64,000 nucleotides of DNA from a virus, in IMG/VR virus record IMGVR_UViG_3300042892_002114, positions 27,315-91,314 of that record; one strand, written 5' to 3'. Of this stretch, positions 40,071 through 50,651 are shown piece by piece. A program made the translations under genes and the position numbers. Positions within the stretch are counted from its first letter, which is position 1, and each line of letters opens with the position of its first letter. Under the pieces are notes generated by a model. It was not told the DNA's origin. It saw only the letters and a list, made by a program, of their open reading frames with translations, and searched no databases.

Positions 40071-40186
40071 AATTAGGGGTGACTGAATCAATCACCCTCC
40101 ACCAGTCTCATATAATAGGAGAGACGCCTATATAACCTTTAACACTGATATAATGTATGAAGATATATCAATTGTCAACACTTATC

Positions 40187-40633
40187 TTATAGCAACTTGA
40201 TTTTTTGTGGCTTTTGTTCTTCAATTTTAATTCTGGGCAATATAATCTTGATTGCTCCATTTTGATAATCAACCTTTATTTTACTTTTATCAATACCTTC
40301 GCCAACAGCAAAAGAGCGAACAAAACTTGAACGCTTTATTTCTCTATAAACATAACGAGCATTATTGTCTGTTTCAGTTGATGCTGGCTTCTTTCCACCA
40401 CGAATAGTGAGAGTATCGCCTTCTAGTTCAACGCTTACATCTTCTTTGTCTAGTCCAGCAACATCTGCTTCTAGCACAAGTTTATCTATATATTCAACCA
40501 CATCCACTTTGGGAAAACTGGTTTTTGTATATGAACCTACATATGGTGTTACTCCGAAGTTATTGAAAACTTCATCAAACAATCTATCAAAAGGGGTGAG
40601 AAACTCATCCCGTGTGTATTTAGTTAGTGACAT
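40187..40633 (-). CDS. Small heat-shock protein (Hsp20/alpha-crystallin family)
   Basis: FPKVDVVE..DVAGLDKEDVSV..TLTIRG..REIKRSSFVRSF..YQNGAIKIILP. Confidence 0.92.
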   Translation of the reverse strand: MSLTKYTRDEFLTPFDRLFDEVFNNFGVTPYVGSYTKTSFPKVDVVEYIDKLVLEADVAGLDKEDVSVELEGDTLTIRGGKKPASTETDNNARYVYREIKRSSFVRSFAVGEGIDKSKIKVDYQNGAIKIILPRIKIEEQKPQKIKLL

Positions 40634-40811
40634 ATTTATTGTATCCTTTATTTATATCGGCTTCATTATGAACACCGACATATACACATTATCATGTTTC
40701 GTGCCAAATATTGTGTCACACTATCTACCTCGTAATTAATAAAAAATACATATTTTATGTGTATCATTTTGTCACACACATGAGACTATATGTATCAAGA
40801 AATTGTCTCGA

Positions 40812-41924
40812 TTACAACAAACGAACTGGTTTGTTTACATATTTCAAAAAGCCTTTTGATTTTGATACCGGCCATATAACAAAGTTTGTGGGTTTTCTAT
40901 CGGATACAATCTTATATGTTTTTTTATAATTTTTAAATTTTTCGTATGATTCCAATGAATCTACTTGTAAGTCTTCTCTGTATATAGATTCATGCTTATC
41001 ATCCTCTATACAAAAAAATAAAAATTTAAAATCGTGGCATACTTCTATATCAAATTCAGTCCATTCAACTTCCACGGCATATTCTGTTTTACTTGTGTTT
41101 TTTAAACCCGCTTCTGTTGTCTTATTATACTCATATGAAAAAAGTTTTAATTCTTCTCGCCAATTGCATTTATATAAATCAAACCAATCGGGATTGTTGA
41201 GACAACACAAATCAAAAATTTTTTCATCGCTACCAATATACCCTTGACTCAAAACATACTCAACGTGTCGGCAAAATTCGTCTTGCAACGGTGAAATTAA
41301 ATTTCTATGTAAAAAGAATATTGTTCCTTTCAATAATCTCATTTGGGACATAACATGCAGCTTTATATCTCTCGTGTAATTTTTTATATTGTCATTTATA
41401 CAAAAGAATTTTATTTTGTTTTCTATAAGCAATAATTTGGATGGGTCTGGCCATTTCTTAATATTCTCAATTTCATTTGCTCCTCGAATAAAACCGGCGT
41501 CAACCCAACCAAAATATTCGGTATTGAATGGATTTATTTCCGACACTTGTTGTAAATAATTGACTTTATTGAACATCAGCACATTATATAATGGCTTTGT
41601 CATCTCGGGAACATGTTTATGATGAACCGTCATTTGAAATTCTTCGGAATACATCAATTTTTCCAATTTATCATTAAACATTTTATATGATGGTAATTGG
41701 TCTATTGTAGTCTCTTTTATTATGGTTTTGCTGAGATCTGGGTCTATTTTTAATCTCGTTTTCAGTATCCTCTCAACAAATTTTCTCTCGGTCAGAATGT
41801 ATAACTTTATATCAAGAGATAGTAAATTATCAAACCAATGCATATACATTTCATTAGACACAGTAAAAGCGTCCCAATTTTTTCTGTCTATATCAAAATA
41901 AAATGTACAAAATGTTATATCCAT
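40812..41924 (-). CDS. HtrL/WlaTC-like glycosyltransferase with a C-terminal accessory domain
   Basis: YNVLMFNKV..NPFNTEYFGWVDAG..SDEKIF pattern; ATG at 41924. Confidence 0.65.
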   Translation of the reverse strand: MDITFCTFYFDIDRKNWDAFTVSNEMYMHWFDNLLSLDIKLYILTERKFVERILKTRLKIDPDLSKTIIKETTIDQLPSYKMFNDKLEKLMYSEEFQMTVHHKHVPEMTKPLYNVLMFNKVNYLQQVSEINPFNTEYFGWVDAGFIRGANEIENIKKWPDPSKLLLIENKIKFFCINDNIKNYTRDIKLHVMSQMRLLKGTIFFLHRNLISPLQDEFCRHVEYVLSQGYIGSDEKIFDLCCLNNPDWFDLYKCNWREELKLFSYEYNKTTEAGLKNTSKTEYAVEVEWTEFDIEVCHDFKFLFFCIEDDKHESIYREDLQVDSLESYEKFKNYKKTYKIVSDRKPTNFVIWPVSKSKGFLKYVNKPVRLL

Positions 41925-42697
41925 GACCAAGTAAATAATGCTCGTTTATGTTTTAAAATACAATTTGTGTTTGTTTTTATAAAATATTTATCGTGTTCCG
42001 ACAGCACACTGGATACGCTAAACCCAGCACTTGCCAGAGAAGTGGGAACAAATCCTTCCGAGTATCCAAAGAATCCCTGCTTATTTAATTCAAGTAAATA
42101 TGCCAAGGATTTATTTGAATATCTTACGATTGGGAAGAAAGATCCCATATGCTTATCTGTTGATTTGTAATTATCACCGGGTCCCGGCGCAAATCCCAAC
42201 CAATTGCCAGCAGAACCCATTCTATTGTTGGAAACACTTACTCTATCAAATCCAATATACTGTTCTTTTTGGAATACTTGTATTGCAGTAAAATCATCAT
42301 CGTATGCTTCATAGTCACCGAGAAGCTGCTTTAGGTTTCCATCGAAGCTTACATCGTCATCAAAAAACCAATAGTATTTATAGTTTGGATTTTTTATATA
42401 ATATGCAAGCATTCTAAAATGTGCATAGAAATATTTTGGATTTTGATGATTACCCCATCTATGCATATGGCTTATAGGTCTGTTGAAATTGTGCTCTGCA
42501 AAAAATGCATCATCAAAGAGTGTGACAGGAATTCCTTGGTATTTTGCACTTACTTCATTGGAAGTCATTGCAGTCTGGTTATCAAACGCCAATTCAAAAA
42601 TGGGAAATTTTTGATCACGAAATGTAAAGATATTATTGTACCAGTCTCCCGAAAAAGTCTTTGGGTATGTGCAAAGCACTACGGCAGTATCATTCAT
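41915..42697 (-). CDS. Putative glycosyltransferase (GT-A-like)
   Basis: YKYYWFFDDDVSF motif; ATGA overlap start at 42697. Confidence 0.55.
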   Translation of the reverse strand: MNDTAVVLCTYPKTFSGDWYNNIFTFRDQKFPIFELAFDNQTAMTSNEVSAKYQGIPVTLFDDAFFAEHNFNRPISHMHRWGNHQNPKYFYAHFRMLAYYIKNPNYKYYWFFDDDVSFDGNLKQLLGDYEAYDDDFTAIQVFQKEQYIGFDRVSVSNNRMGSAGNWLGFAPGPGDNYKSTDKHMGSFFPIVRYSNKSLAYLLELNKQGFFGYSEGFVPTSLASAGFSVSSVLSEHDKYFIKTNTNCILKHKRALFTWSWI

Positions 42698-43509
42698 AGG
42701 TTGTTTACTTTCTTTATAATCTCGTGCCATTCTGGTACTCTGTTGAATTGATGAACCATATCATACTTTTTTCCGAACTTGTTTACCACATAACCGTCCA
42801 TCATTGCCGGAATTCCATATTTTATTTTGTGTTTAAATCCCCAAGATTCAAAGAATTGAGTTGGACCCGAAACTGCGCAGTGCATTGCCCAGCCGTCGTC
42901 CAAATTGAAAATTTTCAATTTGTCTATTTGATTCTTTGTCACCATAACAATAAGGGCAGCTTGGTCTTTGATGTTATGCGCACTGGAACCAGTTTCACAC
43001 AGTTGATACATTCTTGACAGAAGGTTACACAATGCCTCTCTTTTTCCGGCAATGATACCGGAGTTTATTACTTCCGTTTTTTTGCATTCCTGGAAACTCT
43101 CTGGAAAAATTTTGTTGATGTTGTCGGAGTTCCACGGTTCTTCTCCAACATTCACCCCCTCTCCGCTAACAAACAGATCATAATTCGAAGTATCAAGATT
43201 ATCAAATGGATTTCCCTGAAACACTACATCAAATACATCAGTTGCAATAAACAAATCGGTATTAGACGCTGTCAAATAATCAGCGGTGTGCTTTAGTCTT
43301 TCATGGTTTATAAACCAAGTATCTTTTACAACAACCTCAACGGGCTTTATTCCCAAATTTTCACAAGATTTCAAGTCTTGCGTGGTTGAATTTGCACACA
43401 AAAGAACAACTTCACCATCACAGTATCTCCTAAAACTGTTTGACCAAAGTTTTATTTTTTCAATGTTATTTGTTACGTTGTTTGATAGTCCTATCAAAGA
43501 AGTCTTCAT
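42694..43509 (-). CDS. Putative glycosyltransferase
   Basis: ATDVFDVVFQGNPF, INSGIIAG, DQAAL, VHQFNR motifs. Confidence 0.65.
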   Translation of the reverse strand: MKTSLIGLSNNVTNNIEKIKLWSNSFRRYCDGEVVLLCANSTTQDLKSCENLGIKPVEVVVKDTWFINHERLKHTADYLTASNTDLFIATDVFDVVFQGNPFDNLDTSNYDLFVSGEGVNVGEEPWNSDNINKIFPESFQECKKTEVINSGIIAGKREALCNLLSRMYQLCETGSSAHNIKDQAALIVMVTKNQIDKLKIFNLDDGWAMHCAVSGPTQFFESWGFKHKIKYGIPAMMDGYVVNKFGKKYDMVHQFNRVPEWHEIIKKVNNL

Positions 43510-44072
43510 TTGTATGTAGTTTTTAAATCGGAGTTAAAGTGAAATATTGTTGGAAACAGATATTCCAATGTATAATTTACATGAGTTATAACATTTCCCA
43601 ACATTACGGTTTTCAAAATTTTTTCATAAAATTCACACGGGTTTTTCAATATCATAGTTTTTGACACTATGTATTGACATCCACTTGTAAATTTTATTGG
43701 AATATTATATTGTATTCCATTTTCTTCTGCGTATTTTATTGTAGACGATAATATTTGATCACTGTCTCTGATATATGTGGTTCCTAAAGGCAAAAACTCA
43801 GTTTCAAAATCAAAACCATTGACCAAATCCAAAAAATTGCTGCAATGAGCAAATGGATTGTCTTGAGAAAAACATACAAAATCCGGAAGATTGTTGTAAT
43901 TGTTTATTATGTAATTCAAATATGCTCCTGTATCATATCCTTCATTTGGCATATTGAACTCAAATTTGTCATTTTGTTTAGGATTCTTGTTATACACAAG
44001 ATATGGGTGTTTGATATCTTTCACCCAATCCAAGTTCTCTTTGAAATGACATATAACCACCACCAATTTCAT
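43506..44072 (-). CDS. DUF3431-like protein (glycan-related)
   Basis: VVICHFKENLDW..YNK..PNEG..YLNYIINNYNNLPD..F.Q..PF.H pattern. Confidence 0.65.
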   Translation of the reverse strand: MKLVVVICHFKENLDWVKDIKHPYLVYNKNPKQNDKFEFNMPNEGYDTGAYLNYIINNYNNLPDFVCFSQDNPFAHCSNFLDLVNGFDFETEFLPLGTTYIRDSDQILSSTIKYAEENGIQYNIPIKFTSGCQYIVSKTMILKNPCEFYEKILKTVMLGNVITHVNYTLEYLFPTIFHFNSDLKTTYK

Positions 44073-44075
44073 AAG

Positions 44076-45359
44076 TTACAATTTTCCCGTTATTTTATCG
44101 CACCAACCTTTTGACTTACTATATGGCCATACAACCCATTTATCTGGTTTTTTTTCACAATCAAATTCTCGCCAAATCTTGATGTAAGAATTTTCGCCAG
44201 CATTTTTTAGTTGTTTGACTTCTCTTTCATCACAATCTTTGCGATATATAGTTTCTTCGTTTTTTTCAAATGCTACGCACCAAAAATCGTAATCATCCAA
44301 TGGAACTTGTGATGTTTGAATGTCGATGCAATGTTTGAATATACTAGAAAATGATTTTTCCCATTCTTCTTCGGTTTCAAAAATTTGTTGATTGGGCGGA
44401 TATTTTTTATCCAATGTATATTGTTGAACGGCTCTGTTTGAAAATTTAAGACCTGAATATTTTTCATATTCTCTCAAAGTTCTTGCTTTACCAAATCCGT
44501 ATATTCCCCAATCAATGGTATTATGATTTTCACCATCCATGGAAAATAATACTCTATTTCTTTTATGGCATTCGGAATTTCTTTGCCCCCAATCTTTTTT
44601 ATCAACAATTTCTTCTATTTTTGCACCAGAATGATCGTCCCAATGCTTGGTTCTTCCTTTGCGTGTATATTCGTGCCACGCAATTATCTTGTGGGGATGG
44701 AATAAATCATATCCATGTGTGTATGCACGAACTGCAATACTTATTTCTTCTCCATGAAAATAATACTCTGGATCGTGTTGAACCTCTTTGCAAAACTGAC
44801 CGGTAGTAAAAGCAAAGTGTGCAGAATAAAATCTAGATGGAACTGGTTCTGTTTTGTCTTTCCAATCTGGAATAGATGCGGGGAGAAAAAACACTGCACC
44901 TTCTGGGATAAATCTATCGAAATCCATTCTCCAAGGAACTTGAGTTCTGCCAGCCGGATCATTGTCTGGATCAAATGCCGGAATGTATGAAGTCAATAAT
45001 GGCTTTTTATGCCCCTTTTCTTTCAGTTGTTTATACATTCCAATAACAATATCATCCCAATATTTTACAAACCTATGGTGTGAATCAAGTTGTAGGGTAT
45101 ATTCTTCATCATTGTATCTTTGTTGAATTTGATTTCTTGCCCAACAAGCTCCTTTGCTTTGTTTGTAATCAATATCAATTATTTTTACATTTGACAAAGA
45201 CTTTATTTCATCAATATTTTCTTCAGGAGCGTGTTGCCATGCAATGCAAAATACTAAATTTTCTGGATGTTTTGCATTTGCTATGCAGTCTTTTATTGTT
45301 GCGACAAGTTGCGGATCGCGATATGATGCAATTTGAATGAATATTTTATCTTTGAGCAT
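44076..45359 (-). CDS. GT60-like polypeptide N-acetylglucosaminyltransferase (Skp1 Gnt1/Gnt2-like)
   Basis: IFIQIASYRD, GACWAR, QLDSHHRF, FHGEE..R.YTHGYD..HP, RTL.EY motifs. Confidence 0.75.
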   Translation of the reverse strand: MLKDKIFIQIASYRDPQLVATIKDCIANAKHPENLVFCIAWQHAPEENIDEIKSLSNVKIIDIDYKQSKGACWARNQIQQRYNDEEYTLQLDSHHRFVKYWDDIVIGMYKQLKEKGHKKPLLTSYIPAFDPDNDPAGRTQVPWRMDFDRFIPEGAVFFLPASIPDWKDKTEPVPSRFYSAHFAFTTGQFCKEVQHDPEYYFHGEEISIAVRAYTHGYDLFHPHKIIAWHEYTRKGRTKHWDDHSGAKIEEIVDKKDWGQRNSECHKRNRVLFSMDGENHNTIDWGIYGFGKARTLREYEKYSGLKFSNRAVQQYTLDKKYPPNQQIFETEEEWEKSFSSIFKHCIDIQTSQVPLDDYDFWCVAFEKNEETIYRKDCDEREVKQLKNAGENSYIKIWREFDCEKKPDKWVVWPYSKSKGWCDKITGKL

Positions 45360-45646
45360 ATAACATTTATAACATTTACTTGTATATATACAAGTTATAA
45401 ATAATATTAAACAATTGCCAATTGGAAAAATTGCTCAATAATATTCTATAATATCTGTGTCGCAGACAATCAGATATGGTGATTTAACGGAAGTCAGTAG
45501 GCGTATTTCGGAAATTCCTGTACATAAGCCTCCGCATATTTTGTATCGAATACCATCTCTGATGAGGTCCATTTTTGCATTTTTAGTTGAGAGCGATATT
45601 AAAGCCGGTCTAATCACTTCGGATGTATGTTCCAGTGTTTTCATAA

Positions 45647-48076
45647 TTATCCTACGCAAGATGGCGAGCCAGCGCCCCGTACACATGCGGTGTGGGCATT
45701 TGCTCCGCCCGTTGTCAAATAACTCGTATCGTCTTCAGTACCAACAACGGGTCCGACAACATAACTTTCGGATGCTCCATCGCACCTAGTATATACTCCA
45801 GTATTGATACTATAATTACTATACGAGTATACAGGATTTTCCGGGTCGCTGTCGTCATACACCTTTGTTTGCGACCAAACCCAAGTTTGTTCGTGACACG
45901 GTATTGCTGTTGGCGTTGGTTCTGGTTCAGTTGGCGTCGGTTCTGGTTCAGTTGGCGTTGGCGCTGGTTCAGTTGGCGTTGGCGCTGGTTCAGTTGCCGT
46001 TGGCGTTGGCGCTGGTTCAGTTGCCGTTGGCGTTGGCGCTGGTTCAGTTGCCGTTGGCGTTGGCGCTGGTTCAGTTGCCGTTGGAGTTGGTGTCGGCTGC
46101 GGTGTTGCCGTTGGCGTTGGTGTCGGCTGCGGTGTTGCCGTTGGAGTCGGCGTCGGTGTCGGTGTCGGCGTTGGCGTTGGTGCACCGGTCCCAAAATTGT
46201 AAGTTTGTTCTGCACTTAGATAAGTTCCAGTATTAGTTGTAACGCTTGCTCTGGCTCTGATCCAATACGGAGGAGTTGCTACTATTCCAGATTGAGCATT
46301 TGTAACAAGCAAGTAATCGCTGTTTGCGCCTTCATTACTTGGAGGAGCGCCATTTGTTCCAATTGTAACATATCCCGCACCGGCAAGACCGGCTTCCGAT
46401 GCGGCGGACTTCAATTGTATTGTATGTGAACTAAATGTTTGTGAGTATGCATATGCCGAAGAATGTACGTCAAATCTGCCAGGAGAGGATTCTATTATAA
46501 ATCCAACATCTACGAATGGTGTCAGTGATGTAGCCGTTGGGGTAGGAATTGGCGTTGCCGTTGGCGTTGGCATCGGTGTTGCTGTTGGTCCAACGCTGGT
46601 TGCCGTCGGCGCTGGCATCGGTGTTGCTGTTGGTCCAACGCTGGTTGCCGTTGGCGTTGGTGTCGGTGTTGCTGTTGGTCCAACGCCGGTTGCCGTTGGC
46701 GTTGGTGTCGGTGTTGCTGTTGGTCCAACGCCGGTTGCCGTTGGCGTTGGTGTCGGTGTTGCCGTTGCCGTTGGTGTTGGCGTGGGTGTTGGAGTCGGTG
46801 TTGCTGTTGCCGTCGGTGTTGGCGTAGGCGGTACATACAACACCGCACCATATTCACTCACATATCCTTCAAAACTAAATGTGCATGGTGCCGCACTTGA
46901 ACTATAAAACACATAAATTGATTTATCTGTGTGTGCTACACCCAATTCCAATAATTGCAGATTGTTTCTGCTGTATTTTGCATCTGTCAATGGAACTCTA
47001 TTATTGTTCCATGAATGTATTCCACTTGCGCCAACTGGTGCAACAGATGATGTTGATCCAATTGACAACAATGGAGAACCAGTTGAATAAACAAATGCAT
47101 CTGTCAAAACATAATTATCTGGAAGAATATCTCTTTTGTTTCCATTACCAAGATAACTAGATGTTCCATCACTCTTGAATCTCAAACTAAATTCTTTATC
47201 TGGATTGCTTGCTCTTGCGCCAGACACTGGTAATAAAATATGATTTGTTCCTTTTGAATCCAACCATTGAGTTGGTCCCGGATTTAAATTTGGAGAAGTA
47301 TAAGAAGCAATCAATGTTGTATCTGAATTATTTACACCACTATAAAACATGCTTTTAATTTTGTTGGCGGTCAATTCTGTGTTGAATACATGAGCTTCAT
47401 AAATTGTACAATCAATATTGAATGCAGTAGAATGTCCATTGCCCATAACCACATATGATGATGAAATTGGTGTAGCAGAACTATATTGTGTACCAATCAA
47501 TGTGCTGTTCAAATACAACTTCAAAGTGCCAGAAGAATCTCTGGTTAGAACTGCTTCAAAAACTTTGTCTTCGTAATCACACATAAAATTCGTCACTGGG
47601 ATTTTCCCCTCAGTAATTCCATCGTATGTATAACCAATCAAATCATTATTTTCCATTCCAATATATGCAGTTTGGCTACCGGACACAAGTGTTTCTTTAG
47701 ATTCTCCTATACCGAAAATTGCACGAAATACTGGTGGATCGGGGTACATGGAAGAAGGAATAAATGCACGAACCATCAAACTAAATTCTGTTCCAACTTC
47801 TGGAAATTCTCCATAACAACGCAAATTCAAATCTGATATTGGTGCAATGTTTTGGTCAAACACAAGTCCATTGGCCGATTGATAGCCATGCATTGGCGTG
47901 AACACTTCCAAGAATCCACCAGATACAACATATTTGGCCAAATCACCGGCAGAAATTGCTTTGGTTTCTCCGGTCGGAGATGTGTTTTCAGACACATCCA
48001 CTATAGGAATCAAATCGCCATAAACAAGCTGGCTACCACTTACTCTGCGAAGTTGAGATGTTTTCTGATTAGACAT
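45647..48076 (-). CDS. Putative virion fibre/decoration protein: LamG-like domain plus further domains joined by long Pro/Thr linkers
   Basis: [18 protein letters not shown] LamG-like segment; two PT-rich tracts; ATATTTAT motif upstream. Confidence 0.65.
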   Translation of the reverse strand: MSNQKTSQLRRVSGSQLVYGDLIPIVDVSENTSPTGETKAISAGDLAKYVVSGGFLEVFTPMHGYQSANGLVFDQNIAPISDLNLRCYGEFPEVGTEFSLMVRAFIPSSMYPDPPVFRAIFGIGESKETLVSGSQTAYIGMENNDLIGYTYDGITEGKIPVTNFMCDYEDKVFEAVLTRDSSGTLKLYLNSTLIGTQYSSATPISSSYVVMGNGHSTAFNIDCTIYEAHVFNTELTANKIKSMFYSGVNNSDTTLIASYTSPNLNPGPTQWLDSKGTNHILLPVSGARASNPDKEFSLRFKSDGTSSYLGNGNKRDILPDNYVLTDAFVYSTGSPLLSIGSTSSVAPVGASGIHSWNNNRVPLTDAKYSRNNLQLLELGVAHTDKSIYVFYSSSAAPCTFSFEGYVSEYGAVLYVPPTPTPTATATPTPTPTPTPTATATPTPTPTATGVGPTATPTPTPTATGVGPTATPTPTPTATSVGPTATPMPAPTATSVGPTATPMPTPTATPIPTPTATSLTPFVDVGFIIESSPGRFDVHSSAYAYSQTFSSHTIQLKSAASEAGLAGAGYVTIGTNGAPPSNEGANSDYLLVTNAQSGIVATPPYWIRARASVTTNTGTYLSAEQTYNFGTGAPTPTPTPTPTPTPTATPQPTPTPTATPQPTPTPTATEPAPTPTATEPAPTPTATEPAPTPTATEPAPTPTEPAPTPTEPEPTPTEPEPTPTAIPCHEQTWVWSQTKVYDDSDPENPVYSYSNYSINTGVYTRCDGASESYVVGPVVGTEDDTSYLTTGGANAHTACVRGAGSPSCVG
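45905..46185. repeat. Coding tandem repeats (TEPAPTPTA 27-nt and related units)
   Basis: Consecutive near-identical gttggcgttggcgctggttcagttgcc units. Confidence 0.85.
46530..46830. repeat. Coding tandem repeats (approx. 39-nt TAT(G/S)VGPTATP(T/M)P units)
   Basis: Four consecutive ...gttgctgttggtccaacgc... units plus PT runs. Confidence 0.85.
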
Positions 48077-48155
48077 AGTATCTTTTCATTATAAATATCA
48101 ATCTATTTGAAAAATATATATCAATCTGCCCCTTTTATAACAAGAACTTTTTATA

Positions 48156-48938
48156 TTACCCAAGTCTTTTTATCTTTTTTACAATAAACTTAGTCAATGC
48201 ACTGCGAAGAATGTCATCATCTGTAAATTCAAATGTATATATGCCATTTTCTTTGCTGTCATCATCATTGAACAGATTGAATATATCTCTGAAACCAGAC
48301 CTTGTTCCAATGTCAGATTGCTGCGGATCTCCGCACATAAATACTTTACAAAATTCTCCAGTTCTTGTCATCATGGTGATCAATTCTTTCTGTGTGCAAT
48401 TCTGCAATTCATCTCCCACCACAGCTTTTGCATTCCAGTTTAATCCTCTCAAATATCCAATTGGCAATCCTTCTACTCTGTTTTCTTTTATCAAATATTG
48501 AATATCTTCTTTTGGCAGAAGTTCATCCATTTTGTCTATCAGTGGTCGTTTGAACGGAGATAATTTGTCGTCGGCTTCACCTGGCAATGTTCCCATTTTA
48601 ACATCCGCACTTTCAACAATACTTCTTACATAAAGTATGTCGCTAACTTTTTTCTCATTCATGAGCATCAATGATGCTAGTACAGACAAATATGTTTTTG
48701 TAGAACCTGCTGGACCAGATATGAGCAACAGTTTTACTTTACGATCCATTGCCAACTCAATGAAAGCTTTCTGCTTCGGAGTAAGTTCTCTGTGCAATAT
48801 GGTTAAATAATGATCTATTTTATTTCTTTGATGAACAACTGGACTTTTATCTTTTGCGGGTTGTTGAGACAAAGATAATGTTTGGCTTGGTGCATTATTT
48901 TTCTTTTTGTTGTTGTTCAGTCGTTTTTGTTTTGACAT
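48156..48938 (-). CDS. phoH: PhoH-family ATPase
   Basis: GPAGSTKT, LPG...K, YLRG, DELQN, TRTGE, GDPQQSD, DILRS motifs. Confidence 0.92.
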   Translation of the reverse strand: MSKQKRLNNNKKKNNAPSQTLSLSQQPAKDKSPVVHQRNKIDHYLTILHRELTPKQKAFIELAMDRKVKLLLISGPAGSTKTYLSVLASLMLMNEKKVSDILYVRSIVESADVKMGTLPGEADDKLSPFKRPLIDKMDELLPKEDIQYLIKENRVEGLPIGYLRGLNWNAKAVVGDELQNCTQKELITMMTRTGEFCKVFMCGDPQQSDIGTRSGFRDIFNLFNDDDSKENGIYTFEFTDDDILRSALTKFIVKKIKRLG

Positions 48939-48939
48939 A

Positions 48940-49311
48940 TTATTTTTTTATTTTTTTGTATGTGAATATAGTACTCAATTTATCCAATTTACTTATAATT
49001 TTTTTAATTCTTGCACAAATTTGAAACTGTTGATGGTCCATACTGAACTCAAAGACAGTTTCTAAACTTTCCTTGAAATCTTTTCTTTGCAAGACCACCA
49101 CAAAACTTGAATTTTTAAAACAGAATAATTCTATTCCGCCAAGTTTGTTTGATATAGCATACTCTATTGTATTTACAATATTGATATTTATTTCTTTTCT
49201 GTTTTCCAGAACATACTTTTCCATTTCGGAATTATCACAGGGAAGTTCAACAACTTCATATTTTGAATTTAAAACTTTATTAGACTTCTTTTTACGCGGA
49301 GTCTTTTTCAT
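48940..49311 (-). CDS. Hypothetical protein
   Basis: 123-aa ORF in operon-like arrangement. Confidence 0.6.
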   Translation of the reverse strand: MKKTPRKKKSNKVLNSKYEVVELPCDNSEMEKYVLENRKEININIVNTIEYAISNKLGGIELFCFKNSSFVVVLQRKDFKESLETVFEFSMDHQQFQICARIKKIISKLDKLSTIFTYKKIKK

Positions 49312-49669
49312 ATACTGAAGATAAATATATCTCTAGCCATGCTTTACCCATCATATTCACAAATTTTTCGTTCTGAGAAAGTTTTAGTTCTCCTGTAGAA
49401 TCTAATATAATATGCACAACTTCGTGAAAGAATGTTTCTATCATTGTTTCTTCTGTAATGATTAACTTTCGTTCCACCATTTTGCCGTCTTCTTTATATC
49501 GTTTTGTTACTTCTCCCAAATCTTGAATTTGAATCAACTTCAAATCTTCGTCCGCGTTTCCATAACAATCCTCGGTTTCAAACAAATCTTTTTTTATAAC
49601 AACGGTATATTTGTGTCCAAGTAGTGTAAATTCTTTCGGAATATTGATTTTTTTAATTGGATTCAGCAC
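49292..49669 (-). CDS. HExxH zincin-like small protein
   Basis: ETFFHEVVHII..NE motif; GTG start; ATACTTAT motif upstream. Confidence 0.6.
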   Translation of the reverse strand: MLNPIKKINIPKEFTLLGHKYTVVIKKDLFETEDCYGNADEDLKLIQIQDLGEVTKRYKEDGKMVERKLIITEETMIETFFHEVVHIILDSTGELKLSQNEKFVNMMGKAWLEIYLSSVYEKDSA

Positions 49670-49747
49670 TACATATAAGTATCATGGAAAATAGAAAAGA
49701 ACCTAATTTAGTTGATAAAGCAAGAAGTTTAGGAACTGCTGTAACCA

Positions 49748-50203
49748 TTATATACACTTCATCAAAAGTTTATAATAATAAGTATAATCCATTCTGCGCT
49801 TAACACTGCCAGATTTGTGCTTGAATACACTTTTTATAGTAACAAAATCGTCTCCAATTTTTTCTGTATCAAACATAGTTGACAGATATTCATTCACCGC
49901 AATATCTTGTGATATGTTTGACCATTCTCTGTCATGCTTTGGATTAATTAGCCAATGACCAAACATAACATGACACATTTCATGGCAGATAATAAATACT
50001 TTTTTTGTATCATCACATTTCTTCCAAAAATTTGGATTGGCAACAATTCTAAAATTATTGTTGTGTATTTCTAACTCAACACTTTCAGCATCTTTGTTAA
50101 ATACCATATGCTCAAATGTTCTCCACATACCATCAAACAATGGATTGACGCACAAAAGTTGCATTGACAACCAACCAAAATCTTTCTTGTTCAATTTTTT
50201 CAT
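49748..50203 (-). CDS. Metallopeptidase-like protein (DUF2201 N-terminal-like)
   Basis: NPNFW..FIICHEMCHV..H..NI..D..VN pattern. Confidence 0.6.
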   Translation of the reverse strand: MKKLNKKDFGWLSMQLLCVNPLFDGMWRTFEHMVFNKDAESVELEIHNNNFRIVANPNFWKKCDDTKKVFIICHEMCHVMFGHWLINPKHDREWSNISQDIAVNEYLSTMFDTEKIGDDFVTIKSVFKHKSGSVKRRMDYTYYYKLLMKCI

Positions 50204-50207
50204 AAAT

Positions 50208-50232
50208 AAAAAAGGGGAGCATATGCTCCCCT
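50208..50232 (-). terminator. Rho-independent terminator
   Basis: Perfect palindrome AGGGGAGCATATGCTCCCCT followed by a T-run on the minus strand. Confidence 0.8.
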
Positions 50233-50237
50233 ATATT

Positions 50238-50441
50238 TTATCGGCTACGGCGAGCCTTTTTCTTGGGCCTCTCGGTCTTGGTGGCAACATACTTCTCACC
50301 AGCAGACTTTCTGCGTGCTGCATTTACCCACGAGTTGCGCGTCTTGCGACTAGCAAACTCGTATGTTTTACCTTCTGCCAGCAGACTTTTCACCTCTTCC
50401 TCGGAGGTTGCCAGCAGGATTTTTTGCTTTAGTCCAGTCAT
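50238..50441 (-). CDS. Small basic hypothetical protein
   Basis: 67 aa, K/R-rich C-terminus. Confidence 0.6.
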   Translation of the reverse strand: MTGLKQKILLATSEEEVKSLLAEGKTYEFASRKTRNSWVNAARRKSAGEKYVATKTERPKKKARRSR

Positions 50442-50444
50442 AAA

Positions 50445-50639
50445 TTAACGACGATAGTTGAGTTGACGAACATCAAGCTTGCTACCATCTGGATTGCGCT
50501 TGATAATACCCGCCCAATACTCATATTCCCTTTGGGCATCTAGCTTGGAGTCATACTCCGAATCGCTTACGCGGATGCCGTTCCGAAAAATGGCATACAT
50601 TGCTGGTTCAGTTTGATTGTCAACTGTGTTATTTTGCAT
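50445..50639 (-). CDS. Hypothetical protein
   Basis: 64-aa ORF between promoter and terminator. Confidence 0.6.
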   Translation of the reverse strand: MQNNTVDNQTEPAMYAIFRNGIRVSDSEYDSKLDAQREYEYWAGIIKRNPDGSKLDVRQLNYRR

Positions 50640-50651
50640 ACTTTTTGTTTT

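Noticed and set aside
45692-46857. Alternative-frame and antisense ORFs (Q/R-rich, W/R/C-rich, V/L/A-rich)
   Set aside because: By-products of the stop-free PT-coding tandem repeats; the same applies at 51292-51801 and 38497-38841.
18347-48098. T4-type TATAAATA late promoters firing on the plus strand
   Set aside because: They would point away from every adjacent gene; position fits the complementary ATATTTAT reading.
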